64,000 nt of DNA. It comes from a virus (Duplodnaviria > Heunggongvirae > Uroviricota > Caudoviricetes). Shown piece by piece: positions 21,564-31,459 of the stretch. Position 1 is the first letter of the stretch. Each line of letters begins with the position of its first letter. The translations under genes were made by a program, and so were the position numbers. The notes under the pieces were generated by a model. That model did no database searches, was not told where the DNA came from, and was given only the letters and a program-made list of their open reading frames with translations. The stretch lies in IMG/VR virus record IMGVR_UViG_3300047560_001314, one strand, 5' to 3'.

Positions 21564-21802
21564 GTGATAATTTGAACATTACGGTTGACCAGGTTAACCA
21601 CCCACAACACTATACCTCTGATCCTTCTGGAGTTGAGTGCATCCAAATTACAAGACACCGCAACTTTAACATTGGTAACGCTTTTAAGTACCTTTGGAGA
21701 GCAGGACTTAAGGATGAGTCCAAAACTATCCAAGATCTTGAAAAGGCTATCTTTTATATTAAGGATGAGATTAATAGATTGGAGGGTAAGTATGTCAACT
21801 GA
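21560..21802 (+). CDS. DUF3310-family phage protein
   Basis: HPQHY...GVECIQI...NAFKYLWRAG..K...DLEKAIFYI matches the conserved DUF3310 pattern. Confidence 0.5.
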   Translation: MSDNLNITVDQVNHPQHYTSDPSGVECIQITRHRNFNIGNAFKYLWRAGLKDESKTIQDLEKAIFYIKDEINRLEGKYVN

Positions 21803-22325
21803 AGAAGATATGATTAAGCACCTTGATCAAGTAAATCAAGTGGTAGAAGAATACCTAAAGGGTAATGATCCAACACAGATTTCAAAGCAGTTAACTATTC
21901 CAAGACAAAGAGTTGTTGCCTATATCGATGAGTGGAAGGTAAGCGCATCAAATAATGCAATGATTCGTGCTCGTGCAAAAGAAGCACTGTCAGGCGCTGA
22001 TGCACACTACAGCAAACTAATTTCAAAATCATATGAGGTAATTGATGAAGCCTCCATGACTAATAATCTTAGTGCAAAGACTGCTGCAATTAAACTAGTT
22101 ATGGACATTGAGTCAAAAAGAATTGACATGCTACAAAAGGCTGGCCTACTTGAGAACAAAGAATTAGCAGATGAAATGGTTGAGATAGAAAAAAGACAAG
22201 AGGTTCTTGTTGGAATTCTGAGAGACATTGCATCTTCCCATCCAGAAGTTCGTGATCTAATTATGCGTAGACTATCTGACATATCAAAAGACAATGAAGT
22301 TATTACGGTGATTGCTGATGTTTGA
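21792..22325 (+). CDS. terminase small subunit candidate (HTH protein)
   Basis: ATG at 21792 is preceded by GGAGGG. HTH-like ISKQLTIPRQRVVAYI. Directly upstream of terL; track ORF 21585 is a 5' over-extension. Confidence 0.35.
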   Translation: MSTEEDMIKHLDQVNQVVEEYLKGNDPTQISKQLTIPRQRVVAYIDEWKVSASNNAMIRARAKEALSGADAHYSKLISKSYEVIDEASMTNNLSAKTAAIKLVMDIESKRIDMLQKAGLLENKELADEMVEIEKRQEVLVGILRDIASSHPEVRDLIMRRLSDISKDNEVITVIADV

Positions 22326-24087
22326 TGACTTTCTGGAAGTACTTAAAGATAATAACTTTAAGGAAATGCCAGTAGATGCTAAGACATTTGTTGAAGGAGA
22401 AGGCTATCTTGGTCAGCCACCGCTATCAGATATTCAGTATGACATTGTTGAGGCTATGAGTCAGATCTATAAATTAGAAGATGTTATAGAAATTTTAGGG
22501 GAAGTTGAGGGAACAAGATATTATAAGAAGTACACTAAGAATGAAGTTATCCTCCAATTGGGTAAGGGTTCTGGAAAAGATTTTACTTCTACTGTTGCTT
22601 GTGCTTACATCGTGTATAAGTTATTATGCCTTAAGGACCCAGCAAGATATTTCGGTAAACCCAGTGGGGATGCCATAGATATTATCAATGTGGCTATTAA
22701 CGCACAGCAGGCTAAGAATGTTTTCTTTAAAGGATTTAAAACAAAGATTGAAAAGTCCCCTTGGTTTGCTGGCAAGTATAATGCTAAGGCAGAATCCATT
22801 GAGTTTAATGATTCTATTACAGTTTATTCTGGTCACTCAGAGCGTGAATCACATGAGGGTTTGAACCTTATTCTTGCAGTGCTTGATGAGATTTCTGGTT
22901 TTGCTCAGGAAGTTGGAACAGGTAATGAGCAGGGAAAGACTGCTGATAATATCTATAAAGCCTTCCGTGCATCTGTAGACTCTCGTTTCCCAGATCTTGG
23001 TAAGGTAGCACTACTCTCATTCCCCCGTTACCCTGGAGACTTTATCTCACAAAGATATGATGATGTTATTGCTGAGAAAGAAGTTATCAACTACACTCAT
23101 AAATTTATTATGAACCCAGATCTTCCAGAAGATGCAGATGGAAACTCTTTAGAAATTAACTGGGATGAAGACACAATTGTTTCATACAAATATCCAGGAG
23201 TTTTTGCGTTAAAGAGACCAACATGGGTTGTAAACCCTACAAGAAAGATTGATGATTTTAAGTTAGCATTTTATACAGATCTTGGAGATGCTATGCAACG
23301 CTTTGCATGTGTTCCAACATACTCATCGGATGCATTCTTTAAGCAGATTGATAAGGTTAGATCATGTATGACATTAAGAAACCCTTTAGATCAGCATAGA
23401 AGATTTGATGAAACATTTAAGCCTGACCCAGAAAAAGTTTATTATGTCCACGCTGACCTTGCACAAAGGCATGACAAGTGTGCGGTAGCAATAGCGCATG
23501 TTGATAAGTGGGTAAACATTCAGGTAATCAAAGACTATCAACAGGTTGCTCCAGTAGTTGTTGTAGATGCCGTTGCTTGGTGGGAGCCAAAGGTAGAGGG
23601 TCCAGTAAACCTATCTGAAGTAAAGCAATGGATTCAAAACTTGCGTAGACAGGGATTCAATATTGGCATGGTTTCATTTGACCGTTGGCAGTCATTCGAC
23701 ATCCAGAATGAGTTGAAGCAGGTAGGAATGAGAACTGATACTGTTTCTGTTGCTAAAAAGCATTATGAAGATATGGCAATGCTTGTATATGAGGAAAGAC
23801 TTGCAATGCCAGCAATTGATCTTTTGTTTGAGGAACTCACAGAACTAAAGATTATGAAAAATAATAGAGTTGACCACCCAAGAAAATCTTCTAAGGACTT
23901 AGCAGATGCCGTGTGTGGTGCAATCTTTGGGGCTATATCTCATACTCCAAAAGATAACAATACTGAAATAGAGATTCATACATTTAGCGATAGGCCTAAA
24001 GTTGACACCCCTGTTTCAAATGTGATACAATATAAACCTATGCCAGATGATGTCAGAGATTATCTGGATAGATTCAACCTAATATAA
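22312..24087 (+). CDS. terL: terminase large subunit
   Basis: 591 aa with a Walker A-like LGKGSGKDFTST ATPase N-domain and a C-terminal RNaseH-like nuclease region with an acidic motif. Confidence 0.8.
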   Translation: MLMFDDFLEVLKDNNFKEMPVDAKTFVEGEGYLGQPPLSDIQYDIVEAMSQIYKLEDVIEILGEVEGTRYYKKYTKNEVILQLGKGSGKDFTSTVACAYIVYKLLCLKDPARYFGKPSGDAIDIINVAINAQQAKNVFFKGFKTKIEKSPWFAGKYNAKAESIEFNDSITVYSGHSERESHEGLNLILAVLDEISGFAQEVGTGNEQGKTADNIYKAFRASVDSRFPDLGKVALLSFPRYPGDFISQRYDDVIAEKEVINYTHKFIMNPDLPEDADGNSLEINWDEDTIVSYKYPGVFALKRPTWVVNPTRKIDDFKLAFYTDLGDAMQRFACVPTYSSDAFFKQIDKVRSCMTLRNPLDQHRRFDETFKPDPEKVYYVHADLAQRHDKCAVAIAHVDKWVNIQVIKDYQQVAPVVVVDAVAWWEPKVEGPVNLSEVKQWIQNLRRQGFNIGMVSFDRWQSFDIQNELKQVGMRTDTVSVAKKHYEDMAMLVYEERLAMPAIDLLFEELTELKIMKNNRVDHPRKSSKDLADAVCGAIFGAISHTPKDNNTEIEIHTFSDRPKVDTPVSNVIQYKPMPDDVRDYLDRFNLI

Positions 24088-24104
24088 ACAAGAAAAGGAA
24101 TACA

Positions 24105-25106
24105 ATGAATTCATTTAAGAAATCCGCCGTTGTCATCGCTGCAGCCTTGACTGGCTCAGTTCTTGCAATTCTTCCTGCACAGGCAGCATCAACTGCTCTC
24201 TCTGTAGGTGGATCGTCTGTATCAACAGGTACAGTTGCATCAAACCCAACAGTTCTTCCAGTTCCAGCAGACAACTCAGTTGACTCTGCAGACGCACTGA
24301 AGATTGCTATTACAGGTCTTGATACAGGAACAGTAGTCACTGCATCAGCGACCAACGCATCAATCGTGCCAGCACTTGCAACAGTGTCAGCACCAGTTAC
24401 TGCATCAGCAGGAACTTCAACACTTTCAATTAGCACAGGAACAGGCACAACTGCTGACTTCTATGTGTTTACAAAGACAGTAAATCCAGGAACAATTGTA
24501 GTAACAGTTGGTGGAAACACAACAACTTACTATGTTAAGGGTTCAGCAGGAGCAGCATACAACCTTTCAGTTGTAGGTGCAGATACTGCAGCAATCTCAA
24601 CAGTTTCAAAGGTTTACGCTAAGACAACAGATATTTTTGGAAACCCAGTTGTTACAACTACTCCAACAGTATCAGCAATCAATGCAACACTTGGATCAGT
24701 TTCTGTATCTGATACAGCAACAGGTACATTTGTATTTGACCTAACAGCACCAGCAGTTGCTGGAACAGCAGCACTTTCAGTAGCAATTACAGCAACAGAT
24801 GTTGCAGGTTTTGCTCCAGCAGTTAAGACTGTTACAAAGTTTGCTTCTGTTACAAATCCAGCAGATGCTCTTGCATCACTTAATGCACAACTTGCACAGG
24901 CTAAGGCAGATCTTGCTACAGCAGCAGCAGCGCTAGCAGCAGAGAAGGCAGCACATGCTGCTACTAAGACTGCAGCAGATGCAGCAAGTGTAACTGCAAA
25001 GGCAGCAGCAGATGTTGCAACAGCAGCATACAAGGCAGAGTACAATGCTCTTGCTAAGAAGTGGAATGCTAAGAATCCAAAGGCAAAGGTTGCTCTTAAG
25101 AAGTAA
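24105..25106 (+). CDS. secreted Ala/Thr/Val-rich protein with C-terminal coiled coil
   Basis: Sec signal peptide MNSFKKSAVVIAAALTGSVLAILPAQA|AS; low-complexity A/T/V/G body; K/A-rich C-terminus. Confidence 0.5.
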   Translation: MNSFKKSAVVIAAALTGSVLAILPAQAASTALSVGGSSVSTGTVASNPTVLPVPADNSVDSADALKIAITGLDTGTVVTASATNASIVPALATVSAPVTASAGTSTLSISTGTGTTADFYVFTKTVNPGTIVVTVGGNTTTYYVKGSAGAAYNLSVVGADTAAISTVSKVYAKTTDIFGNPVVTTTPTVSAINATLGSVSVSDTATGTFVFDLTAPAVAGTAALSVAITATDVAGFAPAVKTVTKFASVTNPADALASLNAQLAQAKADLATAAAALAAEKAAHAATKTAADAASVTAKAAADVATAAYKAEYNALAKKWNAKNPKAKVALKK

Positions 25107-25116
25107 CTTAATCCAA

Positions 25117-25155
25117 CAACTAAGGGGGTTAGCCAAGTGCTAGCCCTCTTTTTTG
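25117..25155 (+). terminator. rho-independent terminator candidate
   Basis: Hairpin agggggttagc/gctagccctct followed by a TTTTTT run, directly after the stop. Confidence 0.45.
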
Positions 25156-25271
25156 TTTAATAAAATGGTATAATCATTCTATTAGACATCCGTCTAACTA
25201 AGGGGTGAAGGGAAATAAAAAGATTAATACTAAGATCAGCATTTATAACAGCACTTTTAGCCCTATGGCTA

Positions 25272-27365
25272 TTGCTATTTCCACAGGATACAGCACATGC
25301 TGAAGAGATCACTACTGTCCAAACACCACCATCAGATACATCTACAGCAACAAGTTTAACGCCCACAGCCATCATTGAGTCAGCACAGACTGCTATAACT
25401 CAGGCTGAAACAACCACGGCACAGATAGAGACCCAGGCAGAAGCCATTACAAGCCCTACAGAGACCATTACAGCCACTATCACACAGGCTCAGGACTCTA
25501 TCATACAGGCTCAAGCAGTAGTAGATAGTGCTACTGTGGCTTTGTCTCAGGTAGATGGTGCAACGGTGCTAGTTCAGGATGCCCAAGAAAATGTACAAAT
25601 TGCCCAAATAGCAGTAGATTCACAAACAGCAACAGTTGAAATTAAATTAGACATTGTTGATTCTGCAACTGCAGTAGTTAATGCTAATACAACTCCTGGT
25701 TTGACCATGACTGTATATCAGGATCGTGGATACAACAATGCTCCTCCACAGGGTGCTGGAACTGTTGTTTCTGTAACTACTGATACTAATGGCATTAATG
25801 AGCAATGGGGTGGGTCTGGTCCTGCTAATACATACCCTGAAGATTTTCAGGTAAAGTGGGAGGGCCTATGGACACCACAATATACAGGAACACAATATGT
25901 TTATGCACCAGCAGATGACGGAGTACGACTCTACCTTGATGGAGAATTAGTAATTAATGATTGGTATGACAAAGGTGGTGGAGGATCTACTGCTGATGTA
26001 ATGACTACTGCTGGCGTATCTAAAATATTTGAAATGTGGTATTACGAAAATGGCGGAGGTGCAAATGTTGCTCTGTACAGATACACTGGCAATGGTTGGG
26101 AATTAATACCAGCAGCAGAGTTTTCTACAACCTCTGCAAGTCCAGAGCAGGTTGCTGCGCTAAACACAGCACAAACAGATTTAGAGATTGCACAAGAAAC
26201 CCTTGCCGTACTAGAAACCGATCTTGAAGTATCACAAGAAGATTTAGTAGAAGCCCAAACTAATTTAACAACTGCAGAAAATAATTTGGTGTCTGCATTA
26301 ATTGCAGTAGATGTTGCAGTTACAGTAATGAATAATAATGTAACAGCAGCACAAAATCTAGTTGTTTCAACACTTGCTGCAGAAGAAGCAGAGAGAGCAA
26401 GAATTGCAGAAGAAGCAAGACAAGCAGAGATTGCTAGACAGGCAGCGATAGCAGCAGAGGCTGCAAGGGTTGCTGCACAGCAAGCATATGAAGCAGAGCA
26501 GGCAAGGATTGCTGCAGAACAAGCAAGAATTAAAGCAGAAGCAGAAGCCAAGGCAGCAGCAGAAGAGGCTGCAAGACTAGAGGCAGAAAGAATTGCTGCT
26601 GAAGAAGAAGCAAAAAGATTAGAAGCAGAGCGGATTGCTGCTGAAGAGGCTGCTAAAAAGGCTGAGGAAGAAGCAAAAGCAAAGGCAGAAGCAGAAGCAA
26701 AAGCATTAGCGGAGGCAGAGGCACAGGCTAAAGCAGAGGCAGAAAGATTAGCAGAGGAAGAAGCAAAGGCAAAGGCTGAGGCAGATGCCAAGGCAAAGGC
26801 AGAAGAGGAAGCAAAAGCATTAGAAGCAAAGAAAGCAGAAGAGGCAGCAAAAGCCAAGGCAGAAGAAGAAGCCTTAAAGAAGGCTGCTGAAGATGGCAAG
26901 TTAACTGAAGCACAAAAAAAAGCAGTAGTAGAAAATCTAGTAGCAAACTTACAACCAGGAGAATCTATATCAGCAGCAGAAATTAAAGCATCTGGAATAT
27001 CGTATTCAGATCTTCCACCATCAACTCCAGTTGAGGTTAGAACAGATGAAAATGGAAACGCATTAATTATTACAGCAGAAGTTGCTGCACAGGTTGAGTT
27101 GGTTTCAGATCCAGCAGCATTAGTTGAAGAATTATTTACAGATCCAGGAGCAGCAATCGCAGCACTTGGAAGTATTGGAGCGGATATGACTCCAGAAGAA
27201 AGAGAAGAGGCAACCGATATGGTTGTAGCAACAGTAGTAGCAGCAGGTGCAGCACTTAATGCTGTAGGTGCAGCAACTGGTGGATCAGCACCAACAGGTG
27301 GTGGTTCATCTGGACCAAGTGGTGGAACAAATTCAGGCGGTTCAAGGAGGAATGAAAGATGGTAA
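25272..27365 (+). CDS. secreted PA14-domain protein with long EAKA/AEEA coiled-coil repeats
   Basis: PA14-like block YQDRGYNN...FQVKWEGLWTPQYTGTQYVYAPADDGVRLYLDGELVINDWYDKGG; then about 170 aa of KAEAEAKA-type repeats. The signal-peptide-like segment KRLILRSAFITALLALWLLLFPQDTAHA is in frame upstream (from 25209) but has no ATG/GTG/TTG. Confidence 0.6.
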   Translation: MLFPQDTAHAEEITTVQTPPSDTSTATSLTPTAIIESAQTAITQAETTTAQIETQAEAITSPTETITATITQAQDSIIQAQAVVDSATVALSQVDGATVLVQDAQENVQIAQIAVDSQTATVEIKLDIVDSATAVVNANTTPGLTMTVYQDRGYNNAPPQGAGTVVSVTTDTNGINEQWGGSGPANTYPEDFQVKWEGLWTPQYTGTQYVYAPADDGVRLYLDGELVINDWYDKGGGGSTADVMTTAGVSKIFEMWYYENGGGANVALYRYTGNGWELIPAAEFSTTSASPEQVAALNTAQTDLEIAQETLAVLETDLEVSQEDLVEAQTNLTTAENNLVSALIAVDVAVTVMNNNVTAAQNLVVSTLAAEEAERARIAEEARQAEIARQAAIAAEAARVAAQQAYEAEQARIAAEQARIKAEAEAKAAAEEAARLEAERIAAEEEAKRLEAERIAAEEAAKKAEEEAKAKAEAEAKALAEAEAQAKAEAERLAEEEAKAKAEADAKAKAEEEAKALEAKKAEEAAKAKAEEEALKKAAEDGKLTEAQKKAVVENLVANLQPGESISAAEIKASGISYSDLPPSTPVEVRTDENGNALIITAEVAAQVELVSDPAALVEELFTDPGAAIAALGSIGADMTPEEREEATDMVVATVVAAGAALNAVGAATGGSAPTGGGSSGPSGGTNSGGSRRNERW
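26380..26900 (+). repeat. in-frame tandem low-complexity repeats (gcagaagc/aaggc units) encoding EAKA repeats
   Basis: Visible nucleotide periodicity. The antisense ORFs 26042..26899 and 26728..26946 are artefacts of this repeat. Confidence 0.6.
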
Positions 27366-27529
27366 AACTATTAAAAGACCTATTTGATCAACAATGGACA
27401 CTCCTAGGCATGTTTATCGCCTGGGTGGTTTTAGACGGTAGTGCTAAAACAGTTGTTGGTTATGGAATTATTATTACATGTCTAACTTGGATATTAAGTT
27501 ATCCAATTAGAAATAGAGAGGAGGACTAA
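27359..27529 (+). CDS. small membrane protein (holin-like, 56 aa)
   Basis: ATG overlaps the upstream stop. Two hydrophobic segments. Below the 60 aa track threshold. Confidence 0.35.
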   Translation: MVKLLKDLFDQQWTLLGMFIAWVVLDGSAKTVVGYGIIITCLTWILSYPIRNREED

Positions 27530-27531
27530 AT

Positions 27532-27831
27532 ATGAATAGCATAACAAATATTTGGAATATCCTTATGCGTATTGTTGCTACCTTCGCAGCAAACGCACTA
27601 GCAGTTATTGGTGCAGGAGCAGTCGCAGGAGTTCCTGTAGCAAAAGCAATGGCAGTTGCTGGACTTAGCGCAGTTGCAGTAGTTGTTGAGAAGTTGTCTC
27701 GTGCATTTATGGATGACGGAAAACTTACAAGAGATGAGATTAATGCAGCATTTTCTACAACAGACAAAAATGCAATAACTGTACAAGATGCAGCAGTAGA
27801 AACACGCAGAGCAAAATCAAAAACAGCATAA
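27532..27831 (+). CDS. holin-like membrane protein
   Basis: 99 aa, Ala/Gly/Val-rich hydrophobic N-terminal two-thirds, charged C-terminal tail. Confidence 0.4.
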   Translation: MNSITNIWNILMRIVATFAANALAVIGAGAVAGVPVAKAMAVAGLSAVAVVVEKLSRAFMDDGKLTRDEINAAFSTTDKNAITVQDAAVETRRAKSKTA

Positions 27832-27851
27832 TTACTCATATTTGAGGGTAT

Positions 27852-27880
27852 TTGACTCCCCCCTTAAGTGATGGTATACT
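27852..27880 (+). promoter_or_regulatory. sigma70-type promoter TTGACT-N17-TATACT
   Basis: Read directly from the sequence. Shares GGGTATTTGACT with the promoter at 36672. Confidence 0.5.
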
Positions 27881-27932
27881 AGATATACCCCATCTTAGAG
27901 GGGGATTCAGCATACTACTCGATGGGATTAAC

Positions 27933-29579
27933 ATGGCTAAGTCACGCTCACTAGTGTTTAAACTATGTGATGAGTATTTCAATAAAACATTAGAGTATGA
28001 CGCAATCGCATCTACCTATGCCAATCTAACTGACCAAAATATTCATTGGAACGACTATAGTTTTCACAAGGTAGATCCATTTATCCGTATAGCAAAATCA
28101 TATCACAAGAAAATATCTGAGGCAAAGTGCATAGATTCACATGATGAGTTAGCCAAAAAGATTATCCTTAGAGACATTCAGTCTTATATAGATGATGCAG
28201 AAGACTTTTACCCATATGCAGACTTTGGGTCTGTTTATTCTGAGCCACAGGCTATCTTTGAAGTATTTGATGTAATGCCACGCAAAACAAGAAGGGATGT
28301 TCTTGACATTATCAAAAGAATGGAAAAGATTCCTTCAGCCTTTGCTGAGTGGACTACTGCACTAAACGATGTTGCAAGACTTAATGTTGTTAATGCAAAA
28401 GATCGTGTGAGATTTTTAGTAGAGATACTAGATAATTATTCATCTGGATCATTTCAAGAGTTTGCAAAGAAAATAGATGCAACAGATAAACGATTGATAA
28501 AGGCTGCAAGAGTTGCAGATGCTTCTTGTGAACAACTTTCAGCATGGCTGGAGGTAAAGTACATGCCAATGGCAAAAGACAGTCCTGCTGTTGGCAAAGA
28601 AAGATATGTTAAGAATGTAAAAGATTATTCAGGACTTGATATTGACCCATTAAGACTTTATCAGTGGGGCATTGACGAACTTAACCGTATTAATGTAGAT
28701 ATGTGGCAACTATCAAAGCAATGGGGGGAGTTTAATAGTTTAACTGAAGTTCGTGACTACCTAAACAACAACCCTAAGTACTACATTGATGGACGAGATA
28801 ACTTTAAATCATTTCTTGAGGGTGTAACAAAACAAGCCGTTAAAGAACTAGGCGGTAAAGTGTTTACAATCCCAGTTGCAATGAAGCAATGTGATGTAGA
28901 ACTAGATGACGATACAATTGATGAGTCGCCATATTATAAATCACCTTCAGATGATATGACACGCCCAGGAAAAACTGTGTATCCAACTCTGGGTCGCACA
29001 CGATTCACAACATGGGAGAACTATTCTACATGGTTCCATGAATCAGTTCCTGGACACCATATGCAGATTGCTTATTCTATTTTAAATAAGGAAACACTTA
29101 CTCGTTACCAGCGTGAACACGCATGGAATTCAGGGTACGGTGAAGGATGGGCATTATATTCAGAACGCCTAATGGATGAACTTGGATACTTTGAAGACCC
29201 TGGATATAAAATGGGGTACTTAATGTGCCAAGCAATGAGAGCAGCAAGACTGGTAGTAGACATTGGACTACATCTAGAATATACTGATCCATATGATGGT
29301 GATGTTTGGAACTTTGATAATGCCGTTAAATTTATGGAAGAGTTTGCTCTTCTTAATCATGATTATGCTGTTAGTGAAGTAAAGCGCTACCTATCTTGGG
29401 CAGGCCAGGCAATCACATATAAGATTGGCGAGAAGGTTTGGCTTGATGCTCGTGAAGATGCAAAGAAGCGCCTTGGCGATAAGTTTGACCTTAAGAAATT
29501 TCACAACTATGCGCTTAAACTTGGTCCAATGGGGCTTGATCTTTTGCAAGATGAATTAGCAAAATGGAACGGTAAGTAG
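27933..29579 (+). CDS. DUF885-family HEXXH protein (putative metallopeptidase)
   Basis: WFHESVPGHHMQ signature; about 548 aa from the ATG at 27933, downstream of the promoter. The track start at 27852 lies inside the promoter. Confidence 0.5.
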   Translation: MAKSRSLVFKLCDEYFNKTLEYDAIASTYANLTDQNIHWNDYSFHKVDPFIRIAKSYHKKISEAKCIDSHDELAKKIILRDIQSYIDDAEDFYPYADFGSVYSEPQAIFEVFDVMPRKTRRDVLDIIKRMEKIPSAFAEWTTALNDVARLNVVNAKDRVRFLVEILDNYSSGSFQEFAKKIDATDKRLIKAARVADASCEQLSAWLEVKYMPMAKDSPAVGKERYVKNVKDYSGLDIDPLRLYQWGIDELNRINVDMWQLSKQWGEFNSLTEVRDYLNNNPKYYIDGRDNFKSFLEGVTKQAVKELGGKVFTIPVAMKQCDVELDDDTIDESPYYKSPSDDMTRPGKTVYPTLGRTRFTTWENYSTWFHESVPGHHMQIAYSILNKETLTRYQREHAWNSGYGEGWALYSERLMDELGYFEDPGYKMGYLMCQAMRAARLVVDIGLHLEYTDPYDGDVWNFDNAVKFMEEFALLNHDYAVSEVKRYLSWAGQAITYKIGEKVWLDAREDAKKRLGDKFDLKKFHNYALKLGPMGLDLLQDELAKWNGK

Positions 29580-29616
29580 ACTTGACAAGCAATATCTGAA
29601 AGGGTATACTTATAAT

Positions 29617-29811
29617 ATGAACGAAGAGTTATCTATAGAAGAACAAGAGTTTGGTATCTGGCTACTCAATGGCGTTGAGCGAGGATGGATCACAGAACCA
29701 TATTGCGATACGCATGATGGTGGATACCAGTTTATGAGTGAAGAAGAGATTGAAGAGTGGGACCAAGGTGGCGACCCATGTTGTCATGTCGTAAGACTGA
29801 TGATTTCGTAA
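29617..29811 (+). CDS. small acidic protein
   Basis: 64 aa, E/D-rich. Confidence 0.3.
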   Translation: MNEELSIEEQEFGIWLLNGVERGWITEPYCDTHDGGYQFMSEEEIEEWDQGGDPCCHVVRLMIS

Positions 29812-29826
29812 TAGAAAAGGAATAAA

Positions 29827-30783
29827 ATGAAGAAAGTAATTCTAGCAGTATTGGCATCAACACTTGCATTTTCAGTGGTAAGTCCAGCACAGGCAGAAGA
29901 TCAGAAGGTTCTAGCAATTATTGATACTGCTATTAATTCTGATCTTGTACCATCTGTAGTATATGAGGCATGCTTTACTACTTCAAAGTCTACAGGTTGC
30001 TCTAATGGGCAAACATTTATGGAAGGCAAGGGAGCAGCCAAGTCTGCATTCCCACTATCCCTAAACAGTGTTACCTATCACGGAGATAGTATGGTAAAGG
30101 CTGCACTTGCAGTTAATCCAAATGTTAAGATTGTTTTTGTACGAGTTGCAGATGTAACATCTACTGGAAACAGTTCTATCTTTAATAACTCACTTATTTC
30201 TGCAATTGATTGGGTTTCAAAGAACGCTCAAAAGCATAGCATTGATGCTGTATCTATTAGTCTTTCTGGAGTAAACACTACTCTAGATGTTGCCAACTCT
30301 ACTACTAAAGTAGTTTCACTTTCATCTAAGTGTACAGATACTTCTACCACTCAGTCTGTTGCATTTTTAGGTTCTCAAAATATCCCAACATTTGCAGCAA
30401 CAGGAAATAATGGATCTAAAACTATTGTAGGATTTCCAGCATGTATTCCTGGCGTAATCGGTGTCGGGGCATTGTCATCTCAGACCGATGGCGCAGACAA
30501 GTTGGGTGAGACTGCAACTAATCGTGGGCCTGGACTAGATGTTGTTGCTATTGGTAGCATTAATATTACAAAGTACAACGGTTCACCAACTACACTATCT
30601 GGTTCATCAGGAGCAAATGTTGTTACAGCATCTACATATGTTGGCAAGAATGCATACACCAACTTTGGTGATTATGTAGCAGGGCTGTCAAAGACTTCTG
30701 TCAAGTTCCTTGATTACAAGGATCCTAAAACAAATCTCCTTGTTTGGGAACCAGCAAGAGTTTTGCCTCTTGGATCAAACTAG
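29827..30783 (+). CDS. secreted protein with degenerate subtilisin (S8)-like motifs
   Basis: Signal peptide MKKVILAVLASTLAFSVVSPAQA. IIDTAINSD resembles the S8 DTG motif; YHGDSMVKAAL resembles the HGT box. The Ser motif is unclear. Confidence 0.3.
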   Translation: MKKVILAVLASTLAFSVVSPAQAEDQKVLAIIDTAINSDLVPSVVYEACFTTSKSTGCSNGQTFMEGKGAAKSAFPLSLNSVTYHGDSMVKAALAVNPNVKIVFVRVADVTSTGNSSIFNNSLISAIDWVSKNAQKHSIDAVSISLSGVNTTLDVANSTTKVVSLSSKCTDTSTTQSVAFLGSQNIPTFAATGNNGSKTIVGFPACIPGVIGVGALSSQTDGADKLGETATNRGPGLDVVAIGSINITKYNGSPTTLSGSSGANVVTASTYVGKNAYTNFGDYVAGLSKTSVKFLDYKDPKTNLLVWEPARVLPLGSN

Positions 30784-30818
30784 CCATATAAAAAGTCCTA
30801 GGCATGACTAAAAACTGC

Positions 30819-31394
30819 CTACTTTAATTTTATAAAACTTGTCATAGAGTATCTTGTACCAGACGATACTTCTTTTACTCCATGCCTATATGCTTCGTGT
30901 GCTGGGTGCAAAACCAAACTGTATGCCTCTGGTTTAAACTCTAGCCCAATGTTTGGGTAAAATATTTCGCCACCTAGATAATCATCATTTAGGTATAAAA
31001 CAACTCCATACTTAAACTTTGGACCAAGGCCAGAGTCGCTATGAGTTTTCATTGCTTGCCCTACTACTGAGCGGTAGATTGTGTTAAATCCAGTGTATTC
31101 ATATATATCTTTGTTAAGTATAGAATTAATCTCTTTTTTTATCTTGTCAAAAAGGGTAGATACGGCTTGTCTTTTTTCTTCATCAAAGCCAGAGCAATTA
31201 TTTAAAAGCAAGATGCGATCTTCCCATTCGTTGTGCTCATCTCTATCTGTATAGTTATAGTTAGCCCACTCCTCAGCACTTGCAGTCTTTGCTAAATTTA
31301 CAAGGTCAGTTGCTTGATCTGCATGTATAAAGTTTTTGATTACAAAAATATTGGGATCTGGATTTTCAATTATCATATATATAGTATACAGCAA
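30819..31394 (-). CDS. 2OG-Fe(II) oxygenase (prolyl-hydroxylase-like)
   Basis: HSDSG...YLGGEIFY...HPAHEAYRHGV..GTRYSMTSF gives the HxD...H plus RxS pattern. It is the only minus-strand gene in the left arm. Confidence 0.6.
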   Translation of the reverse strand: MLYTIYMIIENPDPNIFVIKNFIHADQATDLVNLAKTASAEEWANYNYTDRDEHNEWEDRILLLNNCSGFDEEKRQAVSTLFDKIKKEINSILNKDIYEYTGFNTIYRSVVGQAMKTHSDSGLGPKFKYGVVLYLNDDYLGGEIFYPNIGLEFKPEAYSLVLHPAHEAYRHGVKEVSSGTRYSMTSFIKLK

Positions 31395-31404
31395 AACTAT
31401 ATAC

Positions 31405-31433
31405 TTGACATGGTTTATCGCCTATGCTATAAT
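31405..31433 (+). promoter_or_regulatory. perfect sigma70 consensus promoter TTGACA-N17-TATAAT
   Basis: Read directly. Followed by RBS AAAGGAGG and the ATG at 31460. Confidence 0.6.
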
Positions 31434-31459
31434 TGAGTAGAACTAAAGGAGGCCAAAAC

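Noticed and set aside
21585-22325. Track ORF start at 21585 for the small-terminase candidate
   Set aside because: The 5' 69 codons overlap the DUF3310 gene in another frame and look non-protein-like. An ATG at 21792 with a GGAGGG RBS is preferred.
24074-25136. Minus-strand ORFs 24074..24448, 24614..25045, 24933..25136 antisense to the Ala/Thr-rich secreted protein gene
   Set aside because: They are artefacts of compositional bias (GC-rich Ala codons give open antisense frames). The sense-strand protein has a signal peptide and a terminator.
26042-26946. Antisense ORFs 26042..26899 (285 aa) and 26728..26946 inside the PA14/EAKA repeat gene
   Set aside because: They are low-complexity A/S/L-rich translations of the reverse strand of a GCA/GAA-rich repeat, a typical artefact.
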